Source: Octopus bimaculoides (Eukaryota). Taken from it: a stretch of 64,000 nucleotides of DNA. Shown here one piece after another: positions 1 through 12,479 of this stretch. Every line of letters begins with the position of its first letter. Positions within the stretch are counted from its first letter, which is position 1. Below the pieces are notes generated by a model. It was not told the origin of the DNA. It made no database searches and worked only from the letters and a program-made list of their open reading frames with translations. The position numbers and the translations under genes are program-made. The DNA is taken from NCBI RefSeq assembly GCF_001194135.2, contig NC_068988.1, positions 38,769,582 to 38,833,581 on the forward strand. The letters are read 5' to 3'.

Positions 1-410
1 TGTATCAATAAAGCACAACACAGTAATTAAGATATAATATGTTTTTGCAGTAAATGAGAAGTGAGGTTCATTCTAAGTTTGCAGCAGGGTAGGTGGGAGA
101 AGGATGAAATACCATTTCTCTTATTCATTAGCATGTTTTAGCCATCACAGCTCAGTTCATTAGAGGTAAAATTTATAATATCAAGATGAAAGTGAATGTT
201 GAGAAAAACATGAATAAAGATCGGGGTTTATATCATTACCACTGGAAGTAAAACTGTTGAAAGCACCATTGTAGCTTTTATTGCCATAGTCTGCAATCAT
301 GCAAGCATGTCTCTCATTTATTATATGAATCTCATCATGATTTTTAGCCTGAAGTAATGGTATTTAACCCTTTTGCGATAATGATAATGTCAATGAATTA
401 CACTGCCTGT

Positions 411-800
411 CATCATCATCATCGTCGTCGTCAACATTTAGCATGAGTTGTCCATGCTGGCATGGGTTGGATGGTTTGACCAGGGCTGGTAAGCTGAGGG
501 GCTACACCAGACCCTAGTCTGATTTGGCATGGTTTCTAAGGCTGGATGCCCTTCCTGGTGCCAGCCTCTCCAAGAGAGTACTGGGTGCTTTTACTTGGCA
601 CCAGCACTGGTGCAAATTTGCATGACACCAATATCTGCCATGACTACAATTTCACTTTGCTTGATGGGTCTTCTTTCTCAAGCACAGCATATTGCCAATG
701 GTCTTGGTCATTTGTCATTGCTTCTGTAAGGCCCAGTGCTTGAAAGTTGCTTTTACGTGTCTCTGACACGGGTGCTAATTATGTGACACCAACATTTGTA
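411..800 (-). mobile_element. RTE-type LINE 3' end fragment
   Basis: (CAT)n tail on the + strand followed by the recurring ...ccatgctggcatgggttggatgg...ctggatgcccttcct... 3' UTR. The same UTR is attached to an RTE ORF end at 11120-11275 and near 43400. Confidence 0.75.
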
Positions 801-2454
801 AATTACTTTTGAAAATTAGCAAGATTTTGTTAAAGATTTAATAAAAGGATACTACTGAGATTTTCATTGTTAATCTGGTATGTGCAACACATAAAATTAT
901 AATGAAAGATTTTAATTTACGCTATGGCTGTGTGCATACAAAGTTTGCTTTGAAGTTACATGGTAGGGTTTGATTACATTGTGTGGCATCTTAGTCATGT
1001 ACTTTGGACTAATTAATAAATGCTGTGTGAGAAGAATTGATAGACAGTAACTGTATGGAAGCCTTGATGTGTGTGTGTGTGGACTCTGCAAGCTTTCATG
1101 TTTAAGTGCAAATGGTATTTCATCATTCGACATATGAGGAAAAGTGGAATAAAAATACCTTGCTTGGGAAACGGGGGTTGATAACAGGAAGAGCATCTGG
1201 TCAAAGATAGACTGCCTCACTAAGTTTTATCTAGCCCATACCAGTGTGGAAAAATTAATGAGAAATGGCGACGGCAATGCTACTGCTGCTGCTTATGAAC
1301 ACTTTAATGTTAATGGTTTGTTTATTGTAACATCGGAGTGGTCTGGAATGGGTTGATATCAAGAGAATTTGATATGTGACAATTTGTGTGTAACTAGAAT
1401 ATTCATCTCTCTTTATGTCTGTACTCTGAGGTATATTTACTTTGTACTAATACTGATGAAAGCGTTTGGCACTGTGAGATTAGTTTCAATGGTGGTGGTG
1501 GTTTTTCTCCATGTCTACAACACTGAGAAATGTTGGTTATTAGTTGGACCAGTGTATTGTTGCTTGTGTGAGAGTTAATAATATTAGTAGTACTTATATA
1601 GTAATTGCTTATTTATTAGTGTTGCTGTTGCCTAGCTCCTGTTAACCCTCATCAAACAAACCTATGCTCTAAAGCGTTCCAGTTTTGAGCATCCTGTCCA
1701 TTTTTATAGACATATCTAGAATTACAATGTTTATTTTGAGTTTCTTTTTGTTTTTTAAAGCAGTAGGATGGAACTTGATAGAGACTTCGCTGCTATTTCT
1801 AGCAGGCCAAGTAACCGTGTTGCAGTATTCTTATTGGCTTGATTTTGTTGTTAGCATTGTCTCGTTACCATGTTGGATTATGCTATCCAAATGCATCCTT
1901 TCCTTTTTTAAGACAGCTGGGTGTAACTTGAAAGAGATTTTGGTTGCTATTTCCAGCAGGTTGAGTGACCACTTAGAGGCATCCTTATTGTTGTGGCTGG
2001 TGATGGTGATGGTGATGGTTGTGGTGGTTATGCTAATACTATTGCTAATGTTACTGGTTTTGTCATGGTGATTGTCTTTATTGATGTTTGGGGTTGATAA
2101 TGATGTTTTTACGATGATCTTCAAATTCCATTTTTTTTGTATCTATTTAATTTTTTTTTGTTATTTATTTTATCTGAAATAATAACATGTCTACTCACTA
2201 TAACTGTTTGCTGAGAATTCAGTATATATAATTTTATTTCTCTCTCTCTTTTTCAAACATCTCCCGCAAGTCCTCACATTCTGTCTGTCTGTCTTTCTCG
2301 TTATCTATATATCTACCTGTCTATTTATCTACCTGTCTACCTGTTTCTGTCTCTTCCTTCTTCCCTCACCTACTCTCATCCGCTGCAATAAATTCATAGT
2401 ATTGTTTTATGTGACAATATTTCATTGTTGTAAATACATGATGTTTACTAATGA

Positions 2455-3105
2455 GTCTTGATGTCCAAATCTTCCCAGAGTCAACTTTGCCTTTCGTCCT
2501 TTTGAGGGAGATCAAATAATGTACGTGTACCAGTCAAGTACTGGGGTTGATATATCAACTAAACCCTTCCCTCAAAAATTTCTGGATTTTTACTTTAATT
2601 AGAAATAGTAATTATTATTACTATTGCAAAAAAAAAGGCAGCAAGCTGGCAGAATCATTAGCACACTGGGTAAAATGTTTAGCAGTATTTCTACCATCCT
2701 TATGTTCTGAGTTCAAGTTCTGCTGAGGTTGTCTTTGTCTTTTATCCTTTTGGGATTGATAACTTAAGTACCAGTCGCATACTGAAGGGGTGGGGGAGTG
2801 TCGATGGGATCGACTTTCCCCCTCTCCCAAAATTTCAGCCGTTGTGTGTAGAGTAGAAAGGATTATTATTATTGTAAAAAAGCAGTGATCTGGCAGAATT
2901 GTTAGCATGCCAAGCAAAGTGCTTAGTGACATTTCGTTTGTCTTTATGTTCTGAGTTCAAATTCTGCTGAGGTGAACTTCGCTTTTCATCCTTTCAGGGT
3001 CAATAAAATAAGTATCGGTTGTGCACTGGGGTCAATGTAATCAACTAATTCCTCTTCCCTGAAATTTCAGGCCTTGAGCCTATAATAGGAAGGATTATTA
3101 CTATT
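2455..3105 (+). mobile_element. Three head-to-tail copies of SINE family B (one partial, two near full length)
   Basis: Repeated unit gcagcaagctggcagaatcattagc...ttctgagttcaa...tagtagaaaggattatt at about 2455-2620, 2635-2875 and 2883-3105. Confidence 0.85.
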
Positions 3106-3134
3106 GTAAATATTATTTGGTAGACTTGTTAGAA

Positions 3135-3464
3135 CAGGAGTTCTCAACCATTTTTTTTATCAGTGGACCACTTTGATTACTATTTTATTCTGGTAGACCC
3201 CTTAGCCATTCAGTGTTTAAAAACTAGTTTTGTAGAAACTTTTTTTCAAAATTCCTCTTCTTTATTTACACATTAACTTGTGTAGGTTGAACCATATAAA
3301 ATGTTAGAGAAAGAAGCCTAGCTGTTTCTTGCAAAATATACCAATGCATACCCTTAAAGCAGAATCTGTTCAAGGGCCCTTAAAATACTATTGTGGATCC
3401 CCAATTTACTATTTTGTTTTGTGAACCTCTAAAATCTTATATGGACCCTGGTTGCGAACCCCTA
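3135..3464. mobile_element. hAT (Charlie/Buster-type) MITE, 330 bp
   Basis: TIRs caggagttctcaacc / ggttgcgaacccct(a), with a perfect 8 bp TSD tgttagaa at 3127-3134 and 3465-3472. A second copy of the same family lies at 62341-62662. Confidence 0.9.
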
Positions 3465-4494
3465 TGTTAGAATGTCAGACAAAATACTTTGTAGCATTTA
3501 GTTACAGTCCTTTATGATGTAAGATCAAATCTTGCTCAGCAACATTTGATTTTATTTGAATTTTATTCCTCTGGGAGCTCGATAAAATAAAGTACCAGTC
3601 TAGAATGGGGGTCAATTTGATTAACTATACTCCTCATTTGAAAATCTGTGGCTTTGTACTTACTGGGAGAATTTTTTATTATCTAAACTGTGTGTGAGAC
3701 TGGTGTGATCTGAATGAATGGGCCAACTTTCAGTATGCACATCTGAACAGGAGAATACAACTGGGAGAGGGCACTTGCCTTTAGCAATAAGGATCATCCA
3801 ATAATCTGTGGGGTTTGCAGATTGGCCACCGGCTGCTGTCTGGCTACAGGGATATTTCATTTCATTTCTGATATGTTCTTGTTTTTCAAACCCATTCTCT
3901 TGTACTAGATTCCATGTAAACCCTCACTGTTTTTGTGGTTGACTGTATTTCTGATCCTTTCAGAGTTGATAAAACAAGTATCAGTTGAGCACTGGGGTCG
4001 ATGTAATCGACTAACCTCCTGTTGCAAAATTTTAGACCTTATGCCTATAGTAGAAAGAATTGGTACTGTTGTGTTGTTGCTGCCACCATTATCATCATGA
4101 AAACCACCATCATCATCAGCAGCAGCATGAGGAGCAGTAGTGGAACTCGTAGTATTAGAATTATGGAATGATTCTTGTAGTAGCATTTTGTTTTATATTT
4201 GTACTACTTAGTTTTGAACAGATAGATTGATATCTAATGAGATAGAAATGTTCTTTTATTGTCAAGTCACATGTCAAAAACACATCTCCTTTTATAGATT
4301 GTTATATATATATCTCACCCCCTACAGAATTCTTCTTACTTCCTTACACATGAAATTACCATTTTCTCATTGCTTCTGCCATTATTAATTTTTTTTTCTT
4401 TCTTAGAAACCCTAAAAGCAATGGTGGTGGTAGTGGTGGTGGTGGTGTTGGTGGTGGTGCTGATGATGATGATGATGGTGGTGGTGATTGTTGT

Positions 4495-4945
4495 TTCTAA
4501 CATAGAAACAAAGCAAGAAATTTGGTGGGAAGTGGTTAGTTAATTCCATTGACTTCAATCCTTGACTTGAACTTTATTTTATCAATGCCAAAAAAGATGA
4601 AAGGCAAATTGATCCTTGGCTGGATTTGAAGTTAGAACATAAAGGGCTTAGAGAAATGTTATAAGGCATTTGCTTCTGACACTAAACAATTCTGCCAATT
4701 CATTGACCGGATATCAATTCTTTCTAATATTGGGCAAAAAAAAAACATTCTGCAATTATGAAGGAAATGGGAAGTTGATTACATCGATTTCAATCCCAGT
4801 GCCCAGCTAATATTCATTTTATTGATCCTGAAAGGATGAAAGGCAAACCCAGCCACATCAGCATTTGAACTCAGAACGTCAAGAGCTAGAAGAAATGCTG
4901 CAAAGTATTTTGTCTGGTGCTTTAACAATTCTGCCAGCTTACTGG
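4495..4945 (-). mobile_element. Two tandem SINE family B copies in reverse orientation
   Basis: Reverse complements of the 2635-3105 unit (...gatgaaaggcaaa...gaactcagaac...ttctgccagct). Confidence 0.8.
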
Positions 4946-4974
4946 ATGACAGTGTATCGGGATGTTAACTGAGT

Positions 4975-5480
4975 GTGTGACTTTGAAATAATAGGCAAGT
5001 GGTATGAACTTAAAACAGAGGCTGTGACCTAGAATAAGAATTATAGGATCTTATGGGACCTCCTCCCCTCCATAAAGACTGACTGTATTATTGAAGTAAG
5101 AAGCCCTGATATAATTATAGAAGACAAAATAAAGAAACAGTGTAAAATCATAGACTTTGCAATTTTCTGTAATAACACCAAAAAAAAAAACCAAAAAAAA
5201 AAACTGAGAAATATCCGGACCTGGCCAGAGAATAGAAGAAGCTGTTGAAGACTAAGACAGCTATTATTCCTGTGGTAATTAATATACATGGCACAATACC
5301 CAAAATGTTATCTAAGAGACTGCAAGAGATTGGAATTCAGACCTGCGTTGTTGACCACAGAAAAATACCATCCTATATTTTACAAGAATCCTAAGAAAGA
5401 TTCTTGAGATTTGAGGAGGCTTGTTGTCATCAAACCTCAAGATAACATTCTTGCTAATTGAATTGCAGAAGCAACAACAA
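4975..5480 (+). mobile_element. R4/Dong-like non-LTR retrotransposon relic, restriction-like endonuclease C-terminus
   Basis: Degenerate translation KWYELKTEAVT*NKNYRILWD...RSPDIIIEDKIKKQCKIIDFA...KYPDLARE*KKLLKTKTAIIPVVINIHGTIPK...LRKILEI* (stop 5412-5414). This matches the R-P-D...D and KY-DL motifs of RLE LINEs. Contains stops and frameshifts. Confidence 0.85.
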
Positions 5481-5489
5481 CCAGTGGTT

Positions 5490-5790
5490 TCAAATTGCGG
5501 CACAGGGACAGCAGTTTTTGAAGGGAAAGAAGAAGTTGGTTACATCAACTGCAGCATTTGATTGGTACCTATTTTATTGATCCTGAAAGAATGAAAGGCA
5601 AAGTTTGCCTTGGTAGAATTTCAACTTTACATTCTGAGTTCAAATTCCATTGAAGTCAACTTTGCCGTTCATCCTTTCAGGGGAGATAAATTCAAGTACC
5701 CCAGTAGAGTACTGGAGCTGATGTAATCGACTGGCACTCCCTCCCTTAAAATTTTAGGACTTGTGCCTATAGTAGAAAGGATTATTATTA
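5490..5790. mobile_element. Two 5'-truncated SINE B halves arranged as a fold-back palindrome
   Basis: A minus copy at about 5490-5626 abuts a plus copy at about 5627-5790, and the arms are mutually complementary around a loop of about 10 nt. Confidence 0.8.
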
Positions 5791-5799
5791 TTACTTGTC

Positions 5800-5836
<37 letters not shown>

Positions 5837-5915
5837 GGTTATCAAATACCATTTTTCATTGCTTATAACATACGTTTCCTCTTGAGAAAAAGTCCTGAAA
5901 AAATCACTACAACTC

Positions 5916-6217
5916 TTAAACCGTTTAGCATTTAAACTGGCCATATCAGGCCAAAATATTCTACCTATATTTTGTTCAAACCAGTCAGATCTGACCTCTC
6001 ACACCTACTTTACAATGTCATTGTAAAAGTAAGCAATCGCATCATCACAATCTTGAAGCTATGAGTAGCTGTGTAATAAGCAGCTTGCTTACCAACCACA
6101 TGGTTCTGAGTTCAGTCCCACTGCGTGGCACCTTGGGAAAGTGTCTCCTGTTATAGCCCCAGGCCAATGAAAGCCTTGTGAGTGGATTTGGGAGATGGAA
6201 ACTGAAAGTAGCTTGTC

Positions 6218-6255
<38 letters not shown>

Positions 6256-6520
6256 GTATATGTTTGTGTGTCTGTGTTTGTACCCCCTACATCGCTTGAC
6301 AACCGATGCTGGTATGCTTTTGTTCCCGTAACTTAGCAGTTCAACGAAAGAGACTGAGAGAATAAGGGCTAGGCTTACAAAGATTAAGTCCTGAGGTCGA
6401 TTTGTTCACCTAAAGGCAGTGCTCCTGCATGGCCGCAGTCAAATGACTGAAACAAATAAAAGAGTAAAAGAGTAAATAAGTATTACATTTGACAGAGTAA
6501 TCTGAATGCTAAAGGGTTAA
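5916..6520 (+). mobile_element. piggyBac-like MITE (TTAA...TTAA) interrupted by a SINE family A copy
   Basis: TTAA at 5916-5919 and 6517-6520, with ends ccgtttagcatt / aatgctaaaggg. SINE A occupies about 6063-6470 and replaces about 30 bp of the MITE body seen in the other copies. Confidence 0.85.
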
Positions 6521-6939
6521 TCACTAAAAGATCTCAACTTTAAACATAGTTTGACAGCTAGGTCCAGTCCTTCCTGGAGCCCCCAGTCTAGGAAGGTAAG
6601 CCTAATTTATATGTGCTTGAGGTAATCTTTGGTGGATTTTACCAATTTGTAAAGACTCAGGTAATCCTTTCTACAGAGCTGTTGAAAGTTTAGAAAAGTT
6701 TCTAAAAACAAGTGTTTCACAAACACATGGGGGGCTTCCAAATCTTCAGTTATTCAACTATTGACGAATCCAACACATGCATAGATCGTCTGCTTGTAGC
6801 ACATGTAGGATCAATGAATCACTGAACTTGCATGATGTGACTATTATTAGACTGAAACCCAAGGTCGCTCGTACACAGTATTGCTGACATGAGTATGTTG
6901 CACCAGCTGGCTGGAGGGCTGCTCTCAAAGTTTAGTTTA

Positions 6940-7140
6940 CTTTTGTGTGTGTGTGTGCTTTTGTATGTGTATGTGCATGTATGTGCATGTGCATGTATGT
7001 GCATGTACATGTATGTGCATGTATGTGCATGTGCATGTATGTGATGCGTGTGTGTACGTATAAATAAATATGTTTGTGTGTGTGTGAATATATGTAATTT
7101 GTATGTGTATGTGTGTGTGTGTGTGTGTGTGTGTATGCAT

Positions 7141-7171
<31 letters not shown>

Positions 7172-7185
7172 TACACATACACATA
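6940..7185. repeat. Compound (GT)/(ATGTGC)/(CA) microsatellite
   Basis: Directly visible. It is the source of the His-Thr and Cys-Val ORFs at 6819-7254. Confidence 0.95.
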
Positions 7186-7322
7186 CAAATTACTTACGTT
7201 AACAGTGTTTAGCCTGAATACTATATTTGTACTATTGAATATATTTATAGACATTTAACTGACATTGTATGTATAGACAGATGTAACTACCTTGTCTTTA
7301 AAGGCAGTATCATTATGGGATT

Positions 7323-7660
7323 GTGAAGGCACATAGTGTAGTGGTTAGAGTGTTGGGCTCTCAATCATAAAGTAGTGAGTTCGATTCCCAAACCGGGCTG
7401 TGTGTTGTGTTCTTGAGCAAGACACTTTATTTCACTTTACTCCAGTTCACTCAGCTGTAGAAATGAGTTGTGATGTCACTGGTGCTAAGCTGTATTGGCC
7501 TTTGCCTTTCCCTTGGATAACATCAGTGGTGTGGAGAGGGGAGGTTGATATGCATGGGCTACTGCTGGTCTTCCATAAAACAACCTTGCCTGGACTTGTG
7601 CCTCAGAGGGGAACTTTCTAGGCACAATCCCATTGTCATTCATGACTGAAGGGGGTCTTT
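7323..7660 (+). mobile_element. tRNA-derived SINE family C, tail type 1
   Basis: Box A tagtgtagtgg (7334-7344) and box B gttcgattcc (about 7379-7388), then the core gtgttcttgagcaagacacttt...actcagctg. A reverse copy lies at 37596-37905. Confidence 0.85.
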
Positions 7661-7828
7661 ACATATTATGGGATTGAAACTAATTTAGCCGATCCTTTGT
7701 ATAATCCAGTTATTATATACACTGACAAATGTGTCAAATTATATGATACAAGGACAAGTCTTGATTGATACTCATATTAAATTATTTGATAATACCTCAT
7801 CTGAGGCCTCAAATTATGGTGTTCATAT

Positions 7829-8048
7829 TTAACCCTTTAGCATAGCCCAAATATCCTACCTGTTTTATGTTCAAAACGGCCAGATCTGACCTCTCATAAC
7901 TCCTTACAATGCAATTTTAAAAACAAAACAAGACGACTATGTTATTGATATCTCAAAGCTACAAGATAATGAATGCATGATTAATTCAAAACAATGTGAA
8001 TGAACAAGCATTACATTTGACAGGATAATCTGAATGCTAAAGGGTTAA
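7829..8048 (+). mobile_element. piggyBac-like MITE, about 220 bp
   Basis: TTAA-ccctttagcat ... atgctaaaggg-TTAA; same family as 5916, 15313, 47625 and 61549. Confidence 0.9.
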
Positions 8049-8183
8049 ATTGAAATCTCTTACCATACTTATAAGTCCTGGGGTTGATTTGCTCGAACCC
8101 TTCAAGGTGGTGCTCCAGCATGGCCACAGTGAAATGACTGAAACAATTAAAAGAATAAAAGAACATATATAAACACACATATG

Positions 8184-8235
<52 letters not shown>

Positions 8236-8396
8236 ATATATAATCCAAGAAAGTTAGGGGTTGTGAATCCAACCCACTAAGGGATAATATCTATCTAATA
8301 TACTGCCGGAAGGATACCCAATTATTACTACACTAGTGTTTTTACCAAGTGCAATAAATGGGTGCGGGTAAAAGGAAATTTTACCCTTAATTTATT

Positions 8397-8574
8397 NNNN
8401 NNNNNNNNNNNNNNNNNNNNNNNNNNNNNNNNNNNNNNNNNNNNNNNNNNNNNNNNNNNNNNNNNNNNNNNNNNNNNNNNNNNNNNNNNNNNNNNNNNNN
8501 NNNNNNNNNNNNNNNNNNNNNNNNNNNNNNNNNNNNNNNNNNNNNNNNNNNNNNNNNNNNNNNNNNNNNNNNNN
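8397..8574. other. Assembly gap (178 N)
   Basis: N run, followed by a (TA)n tract. Confidence 1.
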
Positions 8575-8621
<47 letters not shown>

Positions 8622-8622
8622 A

Positions 8623-8900
8623 ATCATCAGTAGCAGCAGCATTAGCATCCACTTTTCCATGCTTGCATGGGTCAGATGAAATTCATTGAGGCAGATTTCC
8701 TTTGCCTGGGTGACTTTCCTGTCACCAACCCTCACTTGATTCTGAGTGAGATAATATTTCACAGAGGACTGGAAATGAAGAACATTGCATGCATGACAAT
8801 GATCTTCATTCACATCTTCATGACATCCAGTTCAGAAACCAAAACTCTGTTGCTCATCATTTTCACTCTGCAGACCACACAACACAACACAACATCTCAC
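8623..8900 (-). mobile_element. RTE-like 3' tail, variant family
   Basis: ...tttccatgcttgcatgggtcagat...cctgtcaccaaccctcacttg... recurs at about 44530-44770 (-), 46780-46995 (+) and 56710-56955 (-). Confidence 0.65.
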
Positions 8901-9370
8901 AGAGTTAGGCTTGGTATGGGAAATATGAGATCCCTTATTTTGAAAACAGATAAATGTTAAAGATATGAAGAGGGCATCCAACTATAAAACAATGCCTCAA
9001 ATTGGATATAAAGATATGAAGAAACAATACTCACACATGTGTGACTGTGTTTGTAATTATGTTAACACTGGTCTTGGTACAGGTGTGTTTATATTGTGCC
9101 CCTTTTACGTACGTTAATTAACCACCCAGCACATAGAGATCAATAACCGATACCAGACAGAAATACTTCCTGGGTTTTATAAGGTCAACTAAAACACTTT
9201 GAAATGGTGCAGCATCTTGGCTGCAGTCCAATGGCCAGCGAAAGAATAATTGTATTATATTGGAAATATATGGTCAAGGAAGGGTAAAATGAAATATCTG
9301 GACATCCTATTATGCACCATCTTATCATTTTACCATTCTTTTATGTTTCTTTAATAATAGCTCTTCATCT

Positions 9371-9410
<40 letters not shown>

Positions 9411-9804
9411 GCTTCAGATGCTGTGTGACATCAATATCTGGCTGACCAATACAATCAAAGGTCATGAGTCATGCTGCTATTTGCAAATCTTCGGTTACTG
9501 CCTCATCTGGTTTGTGTACTTTGTCTGGTAAGCGCCGAGTTCAATTTCTATATGAGGGATTGATTTTGTTATCTTCTGTTTAATGTCTTAGACTTTTATT
9601 GTGTTGTTTTGCAAGAACATCCTTGCTTAGTTTTGCAAAATGTGTGTTTGTGTCTAGATATATATGTGGGTGTCTGTGTGTGTGTGTATTTATATATGTG
9701 TGAATATTTATATATACACCACACACACATATATATATGTATATATTTGTGGATGTGAGTATATATGTGCGCACACACACATACACATATACACATATAT
9801 ATAC

Positions 9805-9839
<35 letters not shown>

Positions 9840-10446
9840 ACAGATTAGAAAAGGGTGGCTTATTAGCAATTAGAACCTTACGGCAAAATCAATAGAGGTC
9901 ACAAAAGTGTCAGAGGGTACTGATTAGCACTGCTTTTGCTAAAAATAAGAGTTAAAACAACTCAAAAGGCCACAAAAGTACTGTCTTAATGACTGACAAA
10001 GGGAGGTAAGTCCCTAGAGAATATAGTCGGATCACGATTTCAGATTTTGATGTAGATCATTTTAATCCTCATCAGTGACTCTTAGCACCAACTGTTGAAA
10101 GCATGTGCTGGCTTTTTGAGTTATTTTAACTCTTATTACATACATGCATGCATGCATACATACATACATACTTATATACATACGTACATACATACATACA
10201 TGCATGCATGCATACTTACATACATACACACACACACTCGCATACACACATACGTACATACATAGCATTCATGTTAATTGAGAGATAAATGTCAGTTTTA
10301 GTTATTAATACTGTTTCTGTTGCTATTAATTATTATTTTTAAGAAGCTCACAAGCAACACTGATGCCTGAATAGACACTGAGATTCTATGTACATTTGTG
10401 AGGGAGGAATCAGCTGCTATGTCTAGCTGCAGGCATCTGTCATTGA

Positions 10447-10937
10447 CAAAAAAGTTCCTTCTCAAGTCGTGCCGACTCATAAGGGCAGGTTTCCTTGGAG
10501 TATATATTCCCCACTTGAGCAGGACACCGGTCACCAGATTACTCATTTTTGCCAGCTGAGTTCACTTGAACTATGTGAAATAAAGTGTTTTGCTCAAGAA
10601 CGCAACCTGTCACCCAGTCCAGGAATCAAAACCACAATCTTACAATCATGAGTCCAATACCCTAACCACAAAACCATGTGCCTCCACAAAGTTTCTTTCT
10701 TGAGTCATACCGACTCATAAGGGCTGGTTTCCCAGTTTCCATGTCGTATAAATTCCCCACCTAGACAGGACGCCAGTCCATCGCAGGATTACTCATTTTT
10801 GCCAGCTGAGTAGACTGGAGCAATGTGAAATGAAGTGCTTTGCTCAAGAACACAACACATCACCCGATCCAGGAATTGAAATCACAATCTTATGATCATG
10901 AGTCCAACATCCAAACCACAAAACCACATAGCCTCCT
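10447..10937 (-). mobile_element. Two tandem SINE family C copies, tail type 2
   Basis: Two units of about 240 bp (10447-10687 and 10692-10937), each with the tRNA head reversed (...ccaggaatcaaaacc...ccctaaccacaaaaccatgtgcctccac). A plus copy lies at 32888-33135. Confidence 0.85.
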
Positions 10938-11119
10938 CTGTCATTGACAAGGCCAAGGAAGGCTGAAATCATGTGATTTGGCAATTCCGGCAGCTATATT
11001 GGATGGTTATTGCCTGCCAGTGGAATAAACAAGAGTGCCTTTATGCACCTTCAGTCCATATGAGCAGTTCTCTCATGGTAAATAACACAGTACTCTGTGT
11101 TCTAACTCAACATCCACTC

Positions 11120-11515
11120 TTAAGAGGGGATAAATATTACCTTAGACCCAACAAGATGTGGGACAAAATGGTGAGAGAGAATCTTCAGATGTTGGGCCTC
11201 ACAGAGGAGATGACAAGGAACCGAGACTTCTGGTAGTTTATTGTGCTTGAGAAGACATGTCAAGCTAAGTGAAATCGTGGCTGTCCTTGCATGCAGACAT
11301 GTCCCCTACATCTCTCTTCAGCTGAGTGATCCTAACCCTGTGAGCTCATAAGTGCTGGTGCCATATAAAAAGCACCGGTGCCAGTGTCCCATAAAAGCAA
11401 CCAGTACGCTCTATAAAGTGGCTGGTGATAGGAAGGGCATCTAGCTGTGGAAATCATGCAAAAAAAACATGGAGCCCAAGCAGCTTTTCAGAATGGATGT
11501 TAAATGATGATGACC
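11120..11515 (+). mobile_element. RTE LINE 3' fragment with ORF C-terminus
   Basis: Translation RPNKMWDKMVRENLQMLGLTEEMTRNRDFW*FIVLEKTCQAK* resembles the RTE GRP..TW...V..D C-terminus. It is followed by the 3' UTR and a (GAT)n tail. Confidence 0.8.
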
Positions 11516-12479
11516 AAGATGATGGTTGGGTGTGTGTGTGTGTGTCTATACACACAGATACGGCTGTGTGATTAAGAAGCTCACTTCCTGACCATTTGGT
11601 TTCAAGTTCAGTCTCACTGCTTTATATCTTGAGCTGGTGTCTTCTATCATAGCCTTGAGCCAATCAAAACCTTGTGAGCAGATTTCATTGTGTGTGTATA
11701 TGTATGTGCACATGCATACGTTTATGTGTGTGTATATCTGTGTGATTGCATTTTTACTTCTCCCAAACTTGCTCAGCTATGGGCAGTGACATTCTTGTCA
11801 TTTTCCCCGTCAATGGGTCATCTGCTTACTTTGCACTTTCAAAGATCATTAACCTTTATATACAATGTATTTGTAGTGGTGGTCATCCCAAAAGAAAAAC
11901 CACCCAGCAATCTCCATGATACTAAGTAAGAGGGCATTTGTTTAACTACCAAGAGGAAGTATTGTAAGGGCTATTGGTTTATGTCATCAAGGACAAAGAG
12001 CTATTATATTCAATTATGACTGGACTTTCATTTTATGTGAAGTTGGTCAACAGAGTTGCTTAGCAAAACAGCTATTAGTGCCAATGTTCCTTTGTATCAA
12101 AAATACAATATAAACATGTTTAAGTAGATATATGTATAAATATATATATATGTGTGTAAACAAATGCACACACACAAATACACACAAACAACAATGCATG
12201 TCTAAAAGTGCAGTAATGTTTGATGTTGTTTAAAAGGTTTTTTACTAAACTGAAAAGCTTGATGATATTCAAAGTGGATAAAAGATTTATTTGTTTATTT
12301 ATTTATTTTGGATTGGATTGGCTTAACAGGATGTGTCCAGTTGTTCTCATAGACTGTTTGAGACCAATGACCTATGTGATCAGTGACAGCAATGCAAATG
12401 TTCTTCATGGATAATTGCAATTTGACCAGAGCAAGAAAAAACATTGGTAGGGAGGAAATCCCAGAGGGATAACATACTA

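Noticed and set aside
6819-7254. Long His-Thr, Cys-Val and Tyr-Ile ORFs (also at 8328-8813, 9580-9796, 26577-27673, 28214-28668, 30438-31255, 46404-46634)
   Set aside because: These are translations of dinucleotide microsatellites or N gaps, which lack stop codons by construction.
7323-7395. tRNA gene (also 32888-32960 and a head-like stretch near 50185)
   Set aside because: Box A/B are present but run into SINE core sequence without a complete cloverleaf. The 50185 match has only a box A-like motif.
12330-12446. Exon-like segment whose best frame is interrupted only by two TGA codons (selenoprotein idea)
   Set aside because: There is no selenoprotein motif or SECIS evidence and all three frames contain stops, so chance is the simpler explanation.
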